This document shows, piece after piece, positions 51,190-58,161 of a stretch of DNA of 58,161 bases; position 1 is the stretch's first letter, and the number at the start of each line of letters is the position of its first letter. The notes beneath the pieces are model-generated. The model worked only from the letters and a program-made list of their open reading frames with translations. It was not told the origin of the DNA and did not search any database. The DNA is from Scenedesmus sp. PABB004. Lineage: Eukaryota. The translations under genes were made by a program, and so were the position numbers. The DNA is taken from positions 62,001-120,161 of the forward strand of contig JABVCE010000046.1 in the NCBI GenBank assembly GCA_014905635.1, written 5' to 3'.

Positions 51190-51536
51190 TCAGGAGCGGG
51201 CGCGCGGGGGCTGCGCTGCGGGCTGCGGGCTGCGAGCGCGAAGGTGGTCGCGCAGGGGCTGCGCTGCTCGGGGCGGTCCGATCGAGGGCCGTGCGATCTC
51301 GGGGTGAGGCCGGGCCAGCGGCGGGCACAGCGGCGGCGCCGCGGCCCGACGGCGCGAGGGCTCAGCGCACGGCGGCGGGGCGGCGGTTGCGTACCCGGCA
51401 ACGCGCGCAGCCGCTCAGAGCTCCCCCTGCGCAATCCCAACTCCGCGCCCAGCTCGCCGCGCCCGGGCCCGTGCCTGACGCAGCGCCCGCAGCAGCGCGC
51501 CCGCGGCGGTTGGCGCGGCGAGCTCGCGGAACGGCG

Positions 51537-54500
51537 ATGGCGCTGCGCCCGGTGCTGGTGCTGACGGGGCTGGCGCTGGCAGCGGCAGCTCTGCCAGTGG
51601 CGGACCTGCCGACGGCCACCGCGCGCGGCGCGACGGCGGCGGCGGCCGCACGGCTGGCTGCCAGCGCGGCCGGCGCGCCCGCCGCGGACGGCGCCGCGGC
51701 GGCCAACGCCAGCGCCGCCGCCGGCGTCGGCGGCCTCGCCGGCGAGCTGGTGCCCGAGGCGGAGGCGATGATCGCGTGGATCCGGGCGGCCGGCGGCGAG
51801 GTGAACGTCGCCGTGCGGCACACGCCCGGCGGCGGCAGGACGACGTTCGCCCCGCGCGACTTTGTCGACGGTGCGCGGGGCGAGGCGGGGCGAGGCGGGG
51901 CGGCAGGCAGCGCACAGCGCGGCCCGCGGCGCCCGACCGCCGCGCGGCCCTCGCCCCCGGCGCCGCCTGCAGGCGACGTGCTGGCGAAGATCCCGCTGTC
52001 AATCTGCTACGTGGCGTCGACCAAGCCGCAGGCAGAGCCCGTGAGCGCAGACACCGCCGCGGCCGGCTCGTCGCCGTGCGCACACGCGCGCGCGCGCGCC
52101 CTCACCCGCCCGCCGCGGCCGTCCGCGCGCCGCGCAGGCCGCCGCCGCGAAGCTGCTGGCGGACATGGCCGACCCGGCCAGCCCGCACGCGCCCTACCTC
52201 GCGGTGCTGCCGCCGCGGCGGGACGTGTGGAGCCTGCACAACTTCCCGCCCGCCTACCTGCCCCTGATCCAGCACAACGACACCGTGCGCCCCGCGCCCG
52301 CGCCCGCGCCCGCCCGCGCCCGCGCCGGCCCGCGCTCGGCGGCGCCGCAGCCCGCGCCCGCCCGCGCCCGCGCACGGGCGCGGCGCGGCCGCCGCCGCGC
52401 GGCCGCCGCCGCGCGACCATCGCGGCGGCCAGGCGCGGCGAGCCTCCCCGCCCGCCCCTGTCCGCGGTCATCAGGAGTGGGTCATCAACGCGACGCAGGC
52501 GCAGCTCGCGCGGGGGTGGGCGGCGCTGGGCCCGCCGCCCGGCGTGGGCCTCGGCGAGCTGGCGTACGCGATGAGCCTGGTGCGTCACAGCCGGCTGTGT
52601 GTGTGTGTGCGTGTGCGTGTGCGTGAGCGTGTGCGTGTGCGTGTGCGTGTGCGTGTGCGTGTGCGTGTGCGTGTGCGTGTGCGTGTGCGTGTGCGTGTGC
52701 GTGTGGCAGCTGCTGGCGTGCGTGCGTGCCGGGCGGGCCGCCGGCGCAGGCCGCCGCCGCCTGTTAAGGACCCCCTCGCCGCGCGTCCCGCCCTGTGTGT
52801 GTCAGTTCATGACGCGCCTCTTCCACTTCCCTGACAAGGGCCTCGTCATGGTGCCCCTCCTCGACCTCACAAACCATCGGTGCGGCCGGCGGCGGCGGCG
52901 GTGGCAGCGCAGCGCAAGCGGCGGCCGCTCCACCGTGCGGGCCGCCCACGCGCCCCGCGCCCGCGCGCCCGCGCCCGCGCGCCGCCGCCGCCGCAGCAAC
53001 GACTGCCCCCACACGCACCCCAAGGAGCCCTGCGCGCCGGGCAGCGCCGAGGAGTGCATCGTGTGGCGCGCGCGCGAGGGCGTGGCGGCGGGCGCCGAGG
53101 TGTGCAACGCGTATCGCTTCATGCTCAACGACCGCAGCCTGCTGCAGTACGGCTTCCTCGTCACGGTGACCCGCGGCGGCGGTGACCGAGGGCGCGGCGG
53201 CGGGGATGCCACACAGCGCCCAGCGCGCGCGCCTGGGCGGAGCGGGGCGCAGCCTCCGCCCCGCGCGCCCGGGTGGCCGCCGACGCCGCCGCTGCTGCCA
53301 CGCGCGCCGCGGCGCAGCGTGGGCCCGTGTCGTCGCAGCTGTCTGGCATCGACCGGCACGACTTCAACCCCGCGACGCCCTGGGGCGACGAGATCGTCAC
53401 GGGGCAGCGCAGCGGGCCCGTGCGCTTCGAGGGTGAGAGAGGCGGGAGGGGGGGGGGGGGCGCAGCGCAGCGCCCGCGCAGCCGGCCGGCCAGCCGCCGA
53501 CACATCTCCAAGGAGCGCGCGCCGCGCCGCCCGCGCGCAGGCCAGCTGCCCGAGGTCACGGCGGAGGTGGCGCGGCTGCAGGCGCGCCTGCAGCACCTCT
53601 CCACGGGCGACGCCGCGGCGACGGCCGCGCGCCCAGACCCGAGCGACGCCGACGGCGACCTGCTTGGGCAGCTGCTGGCCTGGCGCGCGCAGCGCAAGGC
53701 GACCATGCAGGCCGAGGTCGAGCGCCTGCGCCGCATGGCAGCGCGGCTGGAGGCCGACGAGGCGGCGCGGCGCGCTGGCGCGGCGCCGGCGGCGACGCAG
53801 GCGGCCTACGACGACCTGGGCGCGTGGCTGGCGGCGGAGGGCGCACAGGTGGGGGCGGCGCGCTGCCGGGCGGCCGGCGCCCGGCGATCCCAGCAACGCC
53901 AGGGCTGGCTCAGCCGCTGGCGTGTGCCCCGCCGCAGGTCAACGTGGCCGTCCGGCCGTCGGTTGCCGGCAGTGCCGACGCGGTCGGCGAGGGCTGCGCC
54001 GAGGAGCGTGGCGCCGCAGCGCTCGCCGCCGCGCCCAGCGGCGTGTTCACCAGCGGGCCCGTGCCTGAGGGCGGGCTGCTGGCGGCGATCCCTCTCAACG
54101 CCACGGTCGCGCCCGCGCCCGGCAACGATGGCCTGCTGGTGCGCGGCCAGCTGGCGCGCTGTCCAACCGCGGCAGCACAGCACGTCTGCGCTGCGCCTGG
54201 CGCGGACGCCGCGGCGGCGCTGCGCCCAGCGCTGACCGCTCCCCTCCCCCGGCTGCCCCCCCCCCCCTCCTGCAGGACTTGGCGGTGCAGCTCATGCTGG
54301 ACCTACACGCCCTGCACACCGGCGGCGCGCCCGCTGCCATCCCTGGGTCCAACAGCACGCTGCCGGGCTGGCGCGCCTTCCTTGCCAGCCTGCCGCCCCT
54401 GGGCGCCGCGCACGGGGTGTACAGCGTGCCGCGGTCCTACCTGCCGGTCGTGCAGCACCCGCAGCTGGTGCGCGAGCACGGGCGGGCGGCGCGGCTGCTG

Positions 54501-57350
54501 CGCCGCCTCGCCGCCGCGCTGCGCTGCGCGGCCGTGGCGTCGGCCAGGTTCGCGGCGTTGCTGCCGCCGTCCGCAGGAGCGCCACATCCTGGCTGCCCAG
54601 GTGCTGCTCTTCCAGGCGTTTGACCGCGCGCGGGCGGCGCTGGACGGCGTGGACGACACGCTCACACTGCGCGAGGCGGCGCACGCCGCAAACCTGGTGC
54701 GCGCGTGGTCCGGCGACCCTCCGGCAGCGCACGCGCGCGCTGCCGCGGCCGGCCCGCAGACGCTCACGCGCGCCGCGCCCGCGTCCGCTGCAGCTCGGCG
54801 CGCGGCTGGTGGGCTACGAGGGCGGCAGCCGCGTGGTGCCGCTGCTGGCGCACGCCAACCCCGCGCTCAGCGCCGGCTGCCCGCACGCCGACTACGTCGG
54901 GCCTTGCCCCGGCGCCGGGGGCGAGCTCTGCGTGCACTGGGTCGCCGGCGCGCCGCTGCCGGCGGGCGCGGAGGTGTGTGTGGCGCTCGGCCACCTGCTG
55001 CCCGACGCGGCGGTGCTGCAGTTTGGCGCCGCGCTGGCCGACGAGGGCGGCGAGCTGCAGCTGCTGGGCATGGACCGGCACGACTTCAACCCTGCCGCGC
55101 CGTTTGCCGCCAGCTACGAGTCGCCGCCAGCCTTCACAGGTGGGGTGGCGGCGCCCGCTGGCCGTCTGCACGGCGCCGCGCCACTGCGCGCGGGGGCTGC
55201 CACTGCGCGCCGCGCGCCGGGCCTTGACCGCCGCCGCGCGCAGGCACCGCCGCGCAAGCGCTCGACGAGGTGGCGCGGCTGGCCAGCATCCACGCCAACC
55301 TCACCGCGCCCGCGGCGGCGGCGGCGGCGGCTGCGGTGCAGCCCGTGGCGCACGACGCCGGCGGCGCGCTGCTGGCGCGGCTGCGCGCGCTGCGCTCGCG
55401 GCGCATCGCGGGGCTCGAGGCTGAGATCGGCCGGCTCATGCGGGCGCACCACTTCAGCAGCGAGCTGGTCGCGCACGCGGCAGACGAGCGCATCAGCGAC
55501 ACCGCACCGGCGCAGCCGCTCGCGGCGTGCGACGCTGGCGCGGGTGATGCGTGGGCGCGCATGCTGTGCTGGATGCGGCTGCATGGCGCCAAGGTGAGTG
55601 CCTGCGCTGCCACTGCCGCCGCCGCTGAGCGGTCAGGTGGCAGCGCGCAGCGCGCGGTGTGTGACCACCCGCGCTCGTCCCCCGCAGGTGAACGTCGAGG
55701 TGCGCGACGTGAGCGCGGCCGAGGGCCGGGCGGTGTTTGCCACGGCCGACATGCAGCGGGGCGACCTGTTGGCGGCCATCCCGCTGGACCTGACATGGAG
55801 CCACACCGCGCACGGCGGCGCGGCGAGCTACGAGCTGAGCGCGGCCAACCTGTGGGCCATGATGGCCGCGCAGCCGCCCAGCCTTCTCGCGCCCTACTTT
55901 GACGCGCTGCCGCGCCGCGACGAGCTGGTCTGCCCGCTCGCGCACGCGGCGGCCGAGTACCTGCCCCTGCTGCAGAGCGCCCCCGCGGTGCGCACTGCGC
56001 GGCGCTCGCAGCCCCGGCGGCCAGGGCGCGGCGGGGTGCGGGCCCGGTGGTGGCTGCGCTCACCCGAGGCTGCGCCTCCCCGCGCGCGCCGCGCAGGAGC
56101 ACTTTGTGGCCGCCTACCAGCAGCGCCTGCGCGACTTCTGGGCGTCGCACGCCGACACGCTGCAGGGCGCCGCGCCGGGCATGACGCGTGAGGACCTCAT
56201 CTACGCGCGCGCCCTGGTGCGGCGCCCCACCCGCGCGCCGCGCAGCTGCCCGCCGGCTCGCGCGCCGACGCGCGCACGTCACCGCCTCTGCCGCGCGCCG
56301 CAGATGTCGACGCGCCTGTTTGCGCACGGCTCGCGCGGCGAGCTGCTCATCCCGCTGCTCGACATGGTGCGGCGCGCGCGGGCGCGCCGGGCGGCCCGAC
56401 GGGCGCCTGCGCGCACGGCGTCTCTCCCCGCGGCCCCCGCCCTGTGCCCACGCCGCTCCGCCTTCCGCCCGCCCGCCCGCCCGCCCACCCGCCCGCCCGC
56501 CCGCAGGCCAACCACCGCAACGTGGGCGGCGTCGCGCGCTGCGCCGCTGCTGGGCGCGGCGTGCTGCGCGGCGCCCTATCGAGCTCGCAGCGCCTCCCTC
56601 ACGCCCGGCGCTCGCCGCCGCGCCTGCCCGCCGCAGGACTGCCCCCACACGCTGAGCACCGAGCCGTGCCCGGGCGACGACGCGCGCGAGTGCCTGATGT
56701 GGCGCGCGGGCGATGCCGTGCGCGCCGGCGGGGAGGTCTGCAACCAGTACCAGCACCTGCTGCAGGACCGCAGCGTGCTGCAATACGGCTTCATGCAGGC
56801 GAGCACCTGGGGCCAGGCGCGCCGCCGGCTGGGCGCGCAAGGCGCTGCAGCCGGCGCGCCCAAACAGCGGGCGCCGCCGAGACTCGCTCGCCGCGGCCCC
56901 GCTCGCCGCTGCCCGCAGGCCTACGACGCGCGCGTTCACGGCCTCGACCGGCACGACTTTAGCGAGGCCAACGGCTTCTGGGCCGCGTACGCGGTTGAGG
57001 GCGGGCCCGACGACTTTGACGGTGCGGCGCACGTGCCGCCCGCGGCGCGCGCGGCGCGCGCTGCGCGCAGCGCCCCGTGCCTTGGCTGAGGGGCTTGCTG
57101 CCCCCGCCCTGGTCCGCCCCGCCGCGCCCTGCCCAGGCACGCACGACGAGGCTGTTGCAGAGCTGGCGAGGCTGCGCAAGCTCGCGGCCGACTTGGCGGC
57201 GGGCGACGACGCAGCGGCGCGCGTGCGGCCGGCGGCGGGCGACCCGGGGGCAAGGTGCTCGCGCTGCTGCGCGGCTGGCGCGAGGCCCGCAAGGCGGCCG
57301 TGGCGCGCGAGGTCGCGCGCTTGGAGATTGTTGCGTCGTTTGCGGAGTGA
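51537..57350 (+). CDS. Signal-peptide-bearing protein with three tandem Rubisco-LSMT-like SET modules
   Basis: Leader MALRPVLVLTGLALAAAALP. Each module has W..G..VNV, G(D).LAxIPL, (P)Y/F...LP, VPLL..NH-like, EVC..Y..D...LQYGF, GxDRHDF and a helical hairpin. Modules are joined in frame within exons. One apparent 1-nt deletion at about 57246-57250. Confidence 0.8.
52596..52704. repeat. (GTGCGT)n / (GT)n microsatellite, intronic
   Basis: Direct reading. Confidence 0.95.
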
Positions 57351-57449
57351 GGTTGTGTCACACAACTCGCAGCTTGCAGCACCGGTCATGGCGCCAGCAG
57401 CGTGTTCAACAAGCAAGCGGGCGGCATGCGTGGTGTAACGCTGGCAGTC

Positions 57450-58161
57450 TCACCAGCGACCGCGGCGCGCCTTGGCGGCGGCGCGGCAGGGCGCGCAGCG
57501 CTTGGGCAGCGAGAAGCCCTTCTCCTCAAACCACGCCACCTCGCGCGCGTCGAGTGAGAAGGAGTCGCCGCAGGCGCAGCGCGCGGTGTGCGCCGGCGAC
57601 CCGGCGCCGATGCCGCTGCTGCGGCCGCTGTGGAGGCTGACCTCCGCGGGCGGCTCGCACTCGGCCGCCGACGGCTCGGCCGCGGCGTAGCGCTCGGGCC
57701 AGCTTGCGCGCAACAGGTGCAGCATGCTGACGTCGCTGTCTGGCGCCGCCGCGGCGCACAGCTCAATCGCCAGCACCATGCGGTTGAACGAGCGCTCCGC
57801 GGCGCGCCACGCGACGTCGTGCTGCGGCCAGGCGCCCACGGCCGCGACGTCGTCACGCGCTGCAGCCAGGCCTCGCGGCCGCCGGGTCGTCGAGCAGCGC
57901 GTCGAGCGAGGCGTCAGGCTCCACGTGCTCTTCCGGCCAGGTGACTACGCCGGCGGCATCGTCCCACGTCGTGAGCACCTTCCGTCACGGCGCGCTCCCC
58001 GAGGCGCGCGTACACCGCAGCGCGCAGCGGGCGCGCGAGCAGGTGCAGCGAACCCAGGTGGCGGTCAGAGGAGGAGGAGGTGCGCGCGTGACTCGGCCCG
58101 CCTTGGCGGACGCCGCGTACTTGTCGCGCACGCCAACAAAGCGCGCGTTGTCGCCGGCCGC
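57450..58161 (-). CDS. Partial gene ending in a zf-trcl-like zinc-ribbon domain (frame-disrupted)
   Basis: C-terminus RCACGDSFSLDAREVAWFEEKGFSLPKRCAPCR*. Upstream coding-like sequence changes frame around 57850-57885, and the 5' end lies outside the window. Confidence 0.6.

Noticed and set aside
52596..52704. Poly-(Cys-Val) or (Arg-Val) peptide in the ORF track
   Set aside because: It is an intronic (GTGCGT)n microsatellite between the AMSL and FMTRLF exons.
57241..57255. Frameshift near the end of the SET gene as programmed recoding or pseudogenisation
   Set aside because: Adding one G to a G run restores DPGGKVLALLRGWREARK, matching modules 1 and 2; most likely a homopolymer sequencing error.

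Overview
Eukaryotic, very GC-rich (roughly 75-80% by eye), intron-dense nuclear DNA of a chlorophyte green alga. The evidence is nuclear RBCS and PSAN, an OPR-RAP protein, short introns with G-rich 5' and C-rich 3' ends, and TGTAA signals; a Sphaeropleales (Scenedesmus/Raphidocelis-like) origin is an inference. Most long ORFs in the supplied track are GC artefacts, so genes were rebuilt by hand across splice sites and exon boundaries are approximate. About 17 genes, in order: TBC RabGAP (partial), Kazal-trypsin-ricin secreted protease, bacterial-type GH16, small Cys-rich secreted protein, OPR/RAP protein, MED13, HACD/PAS2, NIPA9-like transporter, tandem-GYF protein, reeler-like/DOMON/cytochrome b561, KCS, a novel secreted Cys/Pro-Ile-Val-rich protein, PSAN, RBCS, a stand-alone NDP-glucose 4,6-dehydratase, a signal-peptide-bearing triple-SET protein, and a partial zinc-ribbon protein. 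Highlights: (1) an apparently secretory-pathway protein of three tandem LSMT-like SET modules, the middle one degenerate, head-to-head with the rhamnose-pathway dehydratase; (2) a near-perfect AT-rich intronic hairpin resembling a pre-miRNA; (3) an unrecognised wall-like structural protein; (4) at least seven GC-AG introns.
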